This document shows positions 9,421-18,669 of a stretch of 64,000 bases of DNA, piece by piece. The position numbers and the translations under genes were made by a program. This stretch comes from Geopsychrobacteraceae bacterium (GTDB lineage Bacteria; Desulfobacterota; Desulfuromonadia; Desulfuromonadales; Geopsychrobacteraceae), in the NCBI GenBank assembly GCA_963662315.1, contig OY759353.1:448001-512000 (forward strand), read 5' to 3'. Each line of letters opens with the position of its first letter. Within the stretch, counting starts at the first letter, position 1. The notes beneath the pieces are model-generated. The model searched no databases. It was not told the DNA's origin and saw only the letters and a program-made list of their open reading frames with translations.

Positions 9421-10464
9421 TTAAATAAGTTCAACAACAGCTTCTTCTGAAGGAACTATCTCACCAATAAGATATGCTTCATCATCCATTCCGGCAAGTC
9501 TGCCAATAATATCTTCGCTATCTTTAGGGGAGACAATAAGAACCATGCCGATGCCGTAGTTGAAGGTCCGGTACATTTCGTTTTCAGGAATATTGCCACC
9601 GGCGCGTAACATTTCAAAGATAGCCGGTTTTTCCCAACTGTCTTTATGGATAACCGCTTTACAGTGTTTAGGCAGGACTCGTGGAATATTTTCTACCAAG
9701 CCGCCGCCGGTAATGTGGGCAATCCCTTTTAGCTGGAAGTCTCGCATCAAGTTAAGAATGCTCTTCACGTAAATGCGGGTCGGGGTCAGCAGGATTTCAC
9801 CGAGGGGTTTGTCGAAACCTTCAGGAATCGCATGAAGGTCAAGCTTCATGGCGTCCAGGAAGACCTTTCGAGCCAGAGAAAAACCGTTTGAATGGAGCCC
9901 GGTCGAGGCAATCCCAATGATATGGTCCCCTTTGGTGATGGTTGACCCGTCGATGATTTTATCATTATCTACAACGCCTACCGAAAAACCAGCCAGATCG
10001 TAATCATCATTGTGGTACATGCCAGGCATCTCGGCGGTCTCTCCGCCCAACAGTGCGCAGTTGGCCTGTTTACATCCTTCGGCAATCCCTTTGACAATTT
10101 CAACAGCTTTTTCAGGATAGAGTTTTGCTGTAGCCAGGTAATCGAGGAAAAACAGGGGTTCTGCGCCCTGAACGATAATGTCGTTAACGCACATGGCAAC
10201 CAGGTCAATACCGACTGTGTCATGCTTATCCATCTGAAATGCCAGTTTAAGCTTGGTACCTACACCGTCTGTTGCGGATACCAGCACCGGACGCTGATAT
10301 TTTGAGCTGTTCAATGAGAACAGCCCACCGAAGCCGCCAATGTCTGCAAGAACTTCCGGCCTTGCGGTTTTTTTAACAATGGGCTTAATGAGGTCGACAA
10401 AGTGGTTTCCGGCCTCAATGTCGACACCAGCATCTTTGTATGTAATTGGGGTTTTATCGCTCAC
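9421..10464 (-). CDS. purM: Phosphoribosylformylglycinamidine cyclo-ligase
   Basis: YKDAGVDI, TDGVGTK, DLVAMCVND, GGETAEMP, GLHSNG, HITGGG. Confidence 0.97.
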   Translation of the reverse strand: MSDKTPITYKDAGVDIEAGNHFVDLIKPIVKKTARPEVLADIGGFGGLFSLNSSKYQRPVLVSATDGVGTKLKLAFQMDKHDTVGIDLVAMCVNDIIVQGAEPLFFLDYLATAKLYPEKAVEIVKGIAEGCKQANCALLGGETAEMPGMYHNDDYDLAGFSVGVVDNDKIIDGSTITKGDHIIGIASTGLHSNGFSLARKVFLDAMKLDLHAIPEGFDKPLGEILLTPTRIYVKSILNLMRDFQLKGIAHITGGGLVENIPRVLPKHCKAVIHKDSWEKPAIFEMLRAGGNIPENEMYRTFNYGIGMVLIVSPKDSEDIIGRLAGMDDEAYLIGEIVPSEEAVVELI

Positions 10465-10691
10465 GTTCTGACTCCTTACCAGTGAAAATGGTCGGCATTA
10501 GACCACTGCCATCATTGTGTTGTCAATGCAAGATGATGGCCTGCGGTCGAATTATCCAGATTCTTTTACCGTTGAAGCCAATCAATGTGTGAAACTTATG
10601 ATGCTTTTTCTGTATCTTGAGATGGTAAATATGATATTTTCTGCAAGAATTTTATCCCACAAACATAAACTATCTTAACACGAAAAAAAAG

Positions 10692-11150
10692 ATGTTGGTT
10701 GAGCTCTCTACTGAAAAAATTCGTAAAGTTGGTTCGCTGGATCTTGATGAAATCCTGCTAATCGAAAAAAGCTGCTACGTCCAACCCTGGTCATATGAAA
10801 TGTTTGCTCAGGAACTGGAAAACCCTGTCGCAAATTTTATTTGCTATGTCGAAAATGCAACCATTTGTGGCTATTTATGCTATTGGTATGTCGCTGGTGA
10901 AATAGAAATTCTCAATGTGGCTACAGCTGTTAATAAGCAGCGCTGCGGCATCGCCAGAGCTTTGCTTGAATTTGCTTTTAGCCAGGCGGATCAGTCAGAA
11001 TTAACCGGTGCCTTTCTTGAAGTCCGTTCCGGAAATAGTGGTGCTATCGCACTATATGAAAAAGTCGGGTTCCGAAAAATCGGTATAAGGCAACACTATT
11101 ATCGTGATGGTGAAGATGCCATCCTGATGGGGAAAGATTTCACCCTGTAG
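10692..11150 (+). CDS. rimI: RimI-type GNAT N-acetyltransferase
   Basis: PWS, EILNVAT, QRCGIA, LEVRSGN..AI.LY...GF....R..YY..GEDA..M. Confidence 0.88.
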   Translation: MLVELSTEKIRKVGSLDLDEILLIEKSCYVQPWSYEMFAQELENPVANFICYVENATICGYLCYWYVAGEIEILNVATAVNKQRCGIARALLEFAFSQADQSELTGAFLEVRSGNSGAIALYEKVGFRKIGIRQHYYRDGEDAILMGKDFTL

Positions 11151-11191
11151 TCGTTATTGCGGGTGTTGTTATAAAACATAAGGAGAAATGA

Positions 11192-12031
11192 ATGAAAAAT
11201 CACAAGACGGTGATTTTGTCTAATCAGGAAATATCGCCAGGTTACTATCGGATGAGAATTCTTGCGCCGGATTATACAAAACTTGCCAAACCTGGACAGT
11301 TTGTCATGTTTCGCCTGCAGAAATCTGAACAGCCGTTATTAAGGCGCCCTTTTGGGATATTTAGGACAGGTTTTATGCCTGCTGATTGCGAAACCATGCC
11401 CCCCAAAGAATTTGTTGAGCTTGTTTACAAGGTCGTTGGAAGCGGCACCGAAATAATGCAGCGTCTGCATCAGGGCGATCAGGTCGAACTGCTCGGTCCT
11501 CTTGGCAAAGGATTTGAGCCCGGTGACCCTGCCGAGGAAAAAATTTTGGTGGGCGGCGGAATTGGCCTGGTGCCATTATATATGCTGGCTGAAAAGCTGG
11601 TAGATACCTCCAAGGTGAGATTGCTAATGGGGGGACGTACTCGCGATGACATTATCACCGTGACTGAATTTGAACGCCTTGGTGTTGAAACGTATGTCTC
11701 CACTGAAGATGGCAGCCTCGGTGAGCGCGGGCTGGTGACCCAGGTGCTGGAGCAGAAGCTTTGTGAACCACAAAATAAATCGGTTTTCGCCTGTGGTCCG
11801 ATGCCGATGATTAAAGCTGTTGAAAAAATTTGTAAAAGTCACAATGTGCAGCTCCAGGTGTCACTCGAAGCTCTGATGGCATGCGGTGTAGGGGCCTGTC
11901 TGGGATGCGTTGTCAAAGGGGCCGGCCATAGCGAAGAAACTCCCAGTTATCTTTGCACCTGTAAAACCGGGCCGGTTTTTAAATCAGGTCAGCTTGATTG
12001 GAGTGATGATGAGGAAGGGGGACGGTCATGA
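11192..12031 (+). CDS. pyrK: Dihydroorotate dehydrogenase electron transfer subunit
   Basis: PGQF, RRPF, GPLGKGF, GGGIG, CGP.PM, MACGVGACLGC [2Fe-2S] motif. Confidence 0.93.
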   Translation: MKNHKTVILSNQEISPGYYRMRILAPDYTKLAKPGQFVMFRLQKSEQPLLRRPFGIFRTGFMPADCETMPPKEFVELVYKVVGSGTEIMQRLHQGDQVELLGPLGKGFEPGDPAEEKILVGGGIGLVPLYMLAEKLVDTSKVRLLMGGRTRDDIITVTEFERLGVETYVSTEDGSLGERGLVTQVLEQKLCEPQNKSVFACGPMPMIKAVEKICKSHNVQLQVSLEALMACGVGACLGCVVKGAGHSEETPSYLCTCKTGPVFKSGQLDWSDDEEGGRS

Positions 12032-12966
12032 TCAAGCGTAAAGAGAAAATTGCCCGGCCCAGCCTCGAAGTCGACATCGCCGGTCTTAAACTGCGTAACC
12101 CAGTTATGCCTGCCTCCGGTACTTTTGGCTATGGTGAAGAGTATGCTCCTTATCTCGATCTCAATAGCCTGGGGGCAATTGTCACCAAAGGTCTGTCGTT
12201 AAACCCGAAAGCCGGTAATAAAACACCACGTATTTGTGAAACGGTTAGCGGCATGCTTAACGCGATTGGCCTGCAGAATGTTGGCATCGATGTGTTTATC
12301 AAGCATAAAATGCCGTTCCTGAACCGTGTGGATACTCCCGTTATTGTCAATTTTTTTGGTAATACCCAGGAAGAGTATGCAGAAATTGCGGCCCGGCTGG
12401 ATGATCTTGAGGGGGTTGCAGCCCTTGAAATGAATATTTCCTGTCCGAACGTCAAACATGGTGGTATCGTTTTCGGGACCGAAGCAAAAGCTGCACATGA
12501 TGTTATTTCACTCGTTCGCAAAAGGACCAGTAAACCCCTTATCGTTAAGCTGACCCCTAATGTAACGGATATCAGGGTGACGGCCAGGGCGGCGGAGGAA
12601 GCTGGTGCTGATGCCTTGAGTCTGATTAATACTCTGACCGGCATGAGCGTCAACATTAAAACCCGGAAACCGGCACTGGCAAACACTATCGGGGGGCTTT
12701 CCGGGCCGGCGATCCGACCTATTGCAGTGCGTCTTGTGCATCAGGTTGTACAGACAGTCAAAGTCCCGGTGATTGGCGTCGGCGGGATCTCTTGTGCTGA
12801 AGATGCTCTTGAATTCCTGATTGTCGGCGCCAAGGCAGTGCAGGTTGGTACTGCCAACTTTGTTGACCCCAACGCAATGGAAACAGTTATTCGCGGACTT
12901 GAGGACTTTTGTCTCGCAGAGGGGATTGCTGATATAAACGAGATTATCGGAACTCTTCAGGTGTAA
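12028..12966 (+). CDS. pyrD: Dihydroorotate dehydrogenase family 1B catalytic subunit
   Basis: ASGTFG, NAIGLQN, NISCPN, VKLTPN, GGLSG.AI.P, VQVGTA; ATGA overlap with pyrK. Confidence 0.96.
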   Translation: MIKRKEKIARPSLEVDIAGLKLRNPVMPASGTFGYGEEYAPYLDLNSLGAIVTKGLSLNPKAGNKTPRICETVSGMLNAIGLQNVGIDVFIKHKMPFLNRVDTPVIVNFFGNTQEEYAEIAARLDDLEGVAALEMNISCPNVKHGGIVFGTEAKAAHDVISLVRKRTSKPLIVKLTPNVTDIRVTARAAEEAGADALSLINTLTGMSVNIKTRKPALANTIGGLSGPAIRPIAVRLVHQVVQTVKVPVIGVGGISCAEDALEFLIVGAKAVQVGTANFVDPNAMETVIRGLEDFCLAEGIADINEIIGTLQV

Positions 12967-13000
12967 TACTGAGCGGTAATTTATCTGTTATGATGGATCT

Positions 13001-15649
13001 ATGGACGTTATTGCCACTCATGTGAATGCAGATTTTGACTGCCTCGGTTCTATGATTGCCGCCCGGCGACTGTATCCCGAGGCCGCCCTCGTTTTTCCCG
13101 GTGGGCATGAACGTGGTTTGCGTCATTTTCTCATCCAGAGTACGCTTTACGCCTATAATATCAAACGTGTTCAGGATATTAACCTGGAGGAGGTGACGCG
13201 CCTGATTTTGGTAGATGTCCGTAACATCCGACGCATTGGAGCTCTTGCGGATATTATTGACAGGCCTGGGCTTGAAATTCACATTTACGATCATCATCCA
13301 GAAGATCCGAATACGTTGCATGGAAGTCTTGAAAATATCCAGAATGTTGGGGCTACAACAACAATCCTGACCGGAATTTTTCAACAGCAGGGGATTGTTC
13401 CCGATCCTGAAGAGGCAACAATGATGATGCTCGGTATCTTCGAAGATACCGGGCATTTATTGTTCAGCGGTACTACGCCGGAGGATTACCAGGCAGCTGC
13501 TTTTCTGCTGGAACACGGAGCGAACCTTAACACGGTCGCTGATTTTCTGGTTCGTGAAATGACTCATGAACAGGTGAGGCTGTTGAACGAACTGCTGACC
13601 TCTTGCCGTCAGAAACTGGTCAACGGGGTTGACGTCTCGCTAGCGCACGCATCCGTTGACTATTTTGTTGGGGATATTTCCAGTCTGGTTCACAAGCTTA
13701 AAGATATTGAAAATCTTGATATTCTGATAGTCGTCGTCCGCATGGAAGACCGTATCTTTGCCGTCGGTCGCTCGCGTGTGCCAGAATTGCATGTTGGGGA
13801 AATGTTTCAGGATCTAGGAGGGGGAGGCCATGCCTATGCGGCTTCTGCGACCATTCGGGATATGCCACTGGCCCAGGCTCTTGACCGTATCGAGAGCTTG
13901 TTGGAAAAACATGTCCGGTCTGCTGTCTCTGCACGCAGATTGATGTCCAGCCCTGTGATGACCCTGGCGCAGCAGGACAGCGTCGAAGCCGCCAGGCAAC
14001 TGATGACCCGGTTTAACTTTAATGCGGTGCCGGTTGTCGATGCCGACCGCAGTGTTGTCGGTATTGTTACCAGGCAGATTGTTGAAAAAACCATTTATCA
14101 CCGTTTGTCCAAGATTAACGTATCTGAAGTTATGAATAGTGATTTCAGGACGGTTACCCCTGAGGCCTCTCTTGTAGAGCTCAAGCAGGCTATAATCGAA
14201 TTTAACCAGCGGTGTTTACCTGTTATCGATGCTGGTTCGCTGGTTGGTGTCGTTACCAGGACTGATTTGCTTAAACATCTGTTGGCTGGACCGGACGGGT
14301 CGCCTGACGGCCCCAGCGAATATCTGCAAAAACGTGGTGGCGACCTGAAACGTAAAAATCTACAGCGATTCATGAGCTCCCAATTGCCAGATTCTGCAAA
14401 GATTATTCTCCGTCAGTTGGGGGAGGTGGCTGATCGACAGAAGTGCAGAATCTTTTTGGTTGGCGGGATTGTTCGCGATCTTTTGTTGCGTCAGCCCAAT
14501 CTTGATATCGATATTGTCGTTGAGGGGGATGGCATCGCATTTGCCCAGTCTTTTGCAAAAATATTCATGTGTCGGGTGCGTCCCCACGAAAAGTTTGGTA
14601 CGGCAGTGATTGTTTTTCCGGACGGTTTTAAGGTTGATGTCGCATCGGCCCGGTTGGAATATTATGAGGCTCCAGCGGCCTTACCTAAAATTGAATATGC
14701 ATCGATTCGCCATGATCTGGCCCGGCGCGATTTTACCATTAACACTCTGACCATAGCCCTCAACCAGGATTCCTACGGGCAGATGTTTGATTTTTTTGGT
14801 GGGCAGAGGGACCTGAAAGACAAAGCTATCCGGGTTCTGCATAATTTAAGTTTCATTGAAGATCCGACACGATTGTTCCGTGCCGTACGTTTTGAACAGA
14901 GGCTTGGCTTCAAAATTGGTGCCCAGACTGAACGCTTGATGAAAAGTGCTGTGCGCATGAATCTGGTTAAGAGGCTGGGCGGGGCACGGATTCTGAATGA
15001 ACTGGAACTGATCCTAAGTGAGGTACATATTCTGCCGGCACTAGAACGATTGCATCAGTTTGATCTTCTTAAGTATATCGACAAAAAAATCAAATTCGAC
15101 CCGGCCTGTCGCCAATTGTTGATTGCTGCAGGGCGGGCAAGTAACTGGTTCGACCTCCTGTATACAGGGGAGACATGCCACCGCTGGCAGCTTTATATGC
15201 TGTGCTTGTTTAACCGTCAATCTGAGGCCAGTGTTAAGCGCACAGTTCAGTGGCTGGGTATCAAAGGGCGTGACTATGCTCTGTTTGTTGATCAACGGGA
15301 GCGGGCCCTGGCTCTGCTGAAGCAGCTCGGTTGTCGTAAAAAAAGCTTGGCAGAGCCCAGTAATAGTGCTCTGTTTCAGTGGTTTTCTGGTCTGCGACTG
15401 GAAATTCTTCTGTTTGTAATGGCTGCGGCTCCTGATGAAAGTGTCAGAAAGTGGGTGTCTCGTTACGTTAACACTTTGAGACATACCAAGGTTTTATTGG
15501 ATGGTAAGGACCTGATTGCGCTTGGGCTGAGTCCTGGATACCGCTTCAGAGAGGTCTTTGATGCTCTCCTTGAAGCACGGCTCAATGGCGCTGTGGAAAC
15601 CAAAGCCGATGAGCTGGAGTTGGTCAGGAAACTGTTTTCGGGACCCTGA
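13001..15649 (+). CDS. tRNA nucleotidyltransferase (probably A-adding) with N-terminal DHH/DHHA1 and CBS pair
   Basis: H..ADFD, DHH, GGGGH..AA, two CBS repeats, VGG.VRD, DIDIVV, RRDFTIN, EDPTR..RAVRF. Confidence 0.88.
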   Translation: MDVIATHVNADFDCLGSMIAARRLYPEAALVFPGGHERGLRHFLIQSTLYAYNIKRVQDINLEEVTRLILVDVRNIRRIGALADIIDRPGLEIHIYDHHPEDPNTLHGSLENIQNVGATTTILTGIFQQQGIVPDPEEATMMMLGIFEDTGHLLFSGTTPEDYQAAAFLLEHGANLNTVADFLVREMTHEQVRLLNELLTSCRQKLVNGVDVSLAHASVDYFVGDISSLVHKLKDIENLDILIVVVRMEDRIFAVGRSRVPELHVGEMFQDLGGGGHAYAASATIRDMPLAQALDRIESLLEKHVRSAVSARRLMSSPVMTLAQQDSVEAARQLMTRFNFNAVPVVDADRSVVGIVTRQIVEKTIYHRLSKINVSEVMNSDFRTVTPEASLVELKQAIIEFNQRCLPVIDAGSLVGVVTRTDLLKHLLAGPDGSPDGPSEYLQKRGGDLKRKNLQRFMSSQLPDSAKIILRQLGEVADRQKCRIFLVGGIVRDLLLRQPNLDIDIVVEGDGIAFAQSFAKIFMCRVRPHEKFGTAVIVFPDGFKVDVASARLEYYEAPAALPKIEYASIRHDLARRDFTINTLTIALNQDSYGQMFDFFGGQRDLKDKAIRVLHNLSFIEDPTRLFRAVRFEQRLGFKIGAQTERLMKSAVRMNLVKRLGGARILNELELILSEVHILPALERLHQFDLLKYIDKKIKFDPACRQLLIAAGRASNWFDLLYTGETCHRWQLYMLCLFNRQSEASVKRTVQWLGIKGRDYALFVDQRERALALLKQLGCRKKSLAEPSNSALFQWFSGLRLEILLFVMAAAPDESVRKWVSRYVNTLRHTKVLLDGKDLIALGLSPGYRFREVFDALLEARLNGAVETKADELELVRKLFSGP

Positions 15650-15755
15650 ATCCAGGTCGAGTTGACCGATTTAATTAAGTTGATTAAACTGTGCAGGGCT
15701 AAAATCATCCTGTGGTTGTGGCTGGCTACGAAACCCCTCTTATATAAATGGATTT

Positions 15756-16442
15756 ATGGAAAATATTGTTTCAAAAATTGCAATAATGCTGGTCCCTGCG
15801 TTGTTGGCGGTTATGCTGCATGAGGTTGCGCATGGGTATATTGCCGAGCGTTTTGGTGATCCTACTGCCCGACTGCTTGGCCGTTTGAATTTGAACCCTT
15901 TTAAGCATATTGATCCCCTTGGAACCCTCGCTATCTTCATTATTGGCTTCGGCTGGGCGCGACCAGTTCCGGTTAATCCACGAAATTTCAGACATCCTCA
16001 CCGTGATATGATCTGGGTAGCCTTGGCTGGCCCCGTTGCCAATATCCTGCTGGCGCTTGCTTCGGCCCTGCTGTTGCGCGGATTCGGTCTACTTGACAAT
16101 ACTGGTCTCAGCGCTGCCAGCGGTTATCACTCTTTTTCACGGCCAGTCGAAATGATGCTGGCATTCAGTCTTTACATCAATACGCTGCTGGGGATTTTTA
16201 ACCTGATTCCTATTCCTCCTCTTGATGGTGGTCGGATTCTGGTTGGTATATTGCCACCACGCCAGGCCGTATTGATCAGCCGCCTTGAGCCGTTCGGCTT
16301 TGTTCTGTTGATGGCGTTGATTTTTCTGACTGATATCTGGTCAATTGTTCTGTCTCCCATTATCCATTTTCTGGTGATTTTACTGTCCGGTCCGCAGATC
16401 GACATTGTGCAGCAAGCGATGAATTTCCTTTTTGGTCACTGA
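15756..16442 (+). CDS. Site-2 (M50) intramembrane metalloprotease
   Basis: HEVAH zinc motif, AGP..N, FNLIPIPPLDG; hydrophobic segments. Confidence 0.92.
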   Translation: MENIVSKIAIMLVPALLAVMLHEVAHGYIAERFGDPTARLLGRLNLNPFKHIDPLGTLAIFIIGFGWARPVPVNPRNFRHPHRDMIWVALAGPVANILLALASALLLRGFGLLDNTGLSAASGYHSFSRPVEMMLAFSLYINTLLGIFNLIPIPPLDGGRILVGILPPRQAVLISRLEPFGFVLLMALIFLTDIWSIVLSPIIHFLVILLSGPQIDIVQQAMNFLFGH

Positions 16443-16447
16443 TATTC

Positions 16448-17218
16448 ATGGCAATTGAGATCCTTATTGATAATTTTTCTGGTCCTTTGGATCTTTTGTT
16501 GCTCCTTATTAAATCAAACGAAATGGATGTCTATGATATCCGAATTGTTGAAATAACTGAACAATATCTAAGTGTTATTGAAAAAATGAAGCAGCTCGAT
16601 CTTGATGTTGCGGGAGAGTTTCTGCTTATGGCGGCTACTTTGACCCATATTAAATCAAGAATGCTGCTTCCTTCGAGTGAAGATCTTGAAGAAGAAGAGG
16701 GGGAAGACCCGCGCGCTGAATTAGTCCGTCGTTTGCTTGAATATCAGCGTTATAAAGAAGCTGCCAGCCTGTTTGAACAGTTACCCCAGCTGCAACGTGA
16801 TTTTTTCCTGGGGGAAGGTGCCCTTGCCGAAATCATTGAAATGGAGACTGCAAGCGGTGAAGATCTGACGGTTGGTATTTATCAATTGGCAGAGGCCTTT
16901 CGGAAAGTGTTGCAAGATCGGCCACGGGAGGTTTTCCATGAGGTTGTCCGCGAGCCCCTTTCTGTGGCCCAGTATATCCGCAAAGTCGCCCGCGAGTTGG
17001 CGGAAAAGCACCGGATCGCTTTTCATGATTTTTTCAGCAGCAATACGTCCAGAAATGAGATGATAGTCACTTTCCTGGCTATGTTGGAACTGGTAAAAAT
17101 GCGCTATGTCGATATTGACCAGGCCACAGAGTTCGGTTCAATCTGGCTGGTTCTTAAAGCAGATGTCAGCATGATTGAACGACTGTCTGCTGAAGAGGAG
17201 AGTTTAGGTTATGGCTAA
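16448..17218 (+). CDS. scpA: Segregation and condensation protein A
   Basis: F.GPLDLLL.LI, EFLLMAATL..IKSR.LLP, DPR.ELV.RLLEY, TFLAMLEL. Confidence 0.95.
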   Translation: MAIEILIDNFSGPLDLLLLLIKSNEMDVYDIRIVEITEQYLSVIEKMKQLDLDVAGEFLLMAATLTHIKSRMLLPSSEDLEEEEGEDPRAELVRRLLEYQRYKEAASLFEQLPQLQRDFFLGEGALAEIIEMETASGEDLTVGIYQLAEAFRKVLQDRPREVFHEVVREPLSVAQYIRKVARELAEKHRIAFHDFFSSNTSRNEMIVTFLAMLELVKMRYVDIDQATEFGSIWLVLKADVSMIERLSAEEESLGYG

Positions 17219-17771
17219 TCTCAAAGCACTGGTTGAGGCTTATATTTTTGCTTCAGATGGCCCCATGACTCTCGACCGTCTATGTCTGCTGATGGAATGC
17301 TCCAGGGCTGAAGTAAGACCGATTGTCGCAGGTCTTGTTGATGATTACAGCCAGGGAGAAAGGGGCTTTCGCCTTTATCAGGTTGCCGGTGGTTATCAGT
17401 TTCGGACCGATCCTGACTTCGCTCCGGCTTTGCGTAAGCTTTCTAAGGAGCGAAGTGTTCGTTTCTCTGCCGCTGCATTAGAAACGTTGGCGATTATAGC
17501 CTATCGACAGCCCATCACGCGTGCCGAGATAGAGTATTTGCGTGGTGTTGACTCCGGAGGAGTGGTTAAGGCTTTGCTGGAAAGAAATCTATTACGTATT
17601 TTGGGCAAAAAAGATGTCCCGGGGCGTCCTTTACTGTATGGTACCAGCCGCCAGTTTCTGGAATTTTTCAGTTTGAAAGATTTGAATGATCTGCCGACTC
17701 TTAAAGAGTTTGCCAGCCTCGATACCGAGCTGGTCGAGGCCGATCCCCTGCCACCACAATCAGAAGGGTAG
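17211..17771 (+). CDS. scpB: Segregation and condensation protein B
   Basis: S.AALETLAIIAYRQPITRAEIE.LRGV, PGRP.LYGT...FL. Confidence 0.96.
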   Translation: MANLKALVEAYIFASDGPMTLDRLCLLMECSRAEVRPIVAGLVDDYSQGERGFRLYQVAGGYQFRTDPDFAPALRKLSKERSVRFSAAALETLAIIAYRQPITRAEIEYLRGVDSGGVVKALLERNLLRILGKKDVPGRPLLYGTSRQFLEFFSLKDLNDLPTLKEFASLDTELVEADPLPPQSEG

Positions 17772-17775
17772 TTTC

Positions 17776-18483
17776 ATGGCAGAACGTTTACAAAAGTTAA
17801 TAGCTCAGGCGGGCATGGCCTCCCGGCGTCAGGCTGAAGACTGGATTGCCGAAGGGCGGGTCTCGGTTAACGGGCATGTTGCTGTTGTTGGTGAAAAAGC
17901 TGATCCCACGCGTGACGTGATAGAGGTTGATGGGCGGCAAATTTTAGGCACTGAAAAAAAGATAACAATTCTTCTTAATAAGCCGCGGGGTTATATTTCG
18001 ACCTTGAGTGATCCGCAGGGACGACGCCTGGTGACGGACCTGATCGCAGATATCCCAGAACGCCTGTATCCTGTTGGACGGCTTGATTTCAACACGGAAG
18101 GATTGCTATTGCTGACCAATGATGGAGAATTGTCGTTGAGGTTGACCCACCCACGGCATCACGTCAGTAAAACCTACCTGGTTAAAGTGCAAGGAACTCT
18201 CTCGTCAGCTATGGCGGCCAGGTTAAGTCGCGGGGTTGTGATTGATGGCTATAAGACCGCTCCGGCCAAGGTTGATCATATTCGCTCTGCTGGTACCTCC
18301 TGCTGGTTTGAATTGACGATTCGTGAAGGTAAAAACCGTCAGGTGAGGAAAATGTGTGAAAGTGTCGGGTTGTCGGTCGTTCGCTTAAAGCGCATTCGTA
18401 TTGATTTTCTCGATCTCGGTGACCTGGCCATTGGCAAGTATAGATTCCTCTCGGAGCCAGAGATTCAGCGGCTCAAACAGTAA
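17776..18483 (+). CDS. rluB: RsuA/RluB family pseudouridine synthase
   Basis: S4 domain ERLQK.IA.AG.ASRR, NKPRG, VGRLD..TEGLLLLTNDG, EGKNRQVR; follows scpAB. Confidence 0.85.
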   Translation: MAERLQKLIAQAGMASRRQAEDWIAEGRVSVNGHVAVVGEKADPTRDVIEVDGRQILGTEKKITILLNKPRGYISTLSDPQGRRLVTDLIADIPERLYPVGRLDFNTEGLLLLTNDGELSLRLTHPRHHVSKTYLVKVQGTLSSAMAARLSRGVVIDGYKTAPAKVDHIRSAGTSCWFELTIREGKNRQVRKMCESVGLSVVRLKRIRIDFLDLGDLAIGKYRFLSEPEIQRLKQ

Positions 18484-18502
18484 GGTACACAAGATTAAAT
18501 AT

Positions 18503-18531
18503 TAGACTTTCCTTAAGACCAGTGCTATATT
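18503..18531 (+). promoter_or_regulatory. Putative sigma70 promoter for the TPR-ExeA genes
   Basis: TAGACT (18503-18508), 17 nt spacer, TATATT (18526-18531) with extended -10 TG. Confidence 0.5.
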
Positions 18532-18669
18532 TAGTACTTAGCAATAAATGAATTAATTTTTCAGAACTAAAAAGATGACCTTTATTATTTAGATACAGTG
18601 CGTTTGCGTATCTTTAGTCGAATTTAATGGCGAATTGTCTTCTTTTTACGTATCTCCCGGAGTTTTGCT

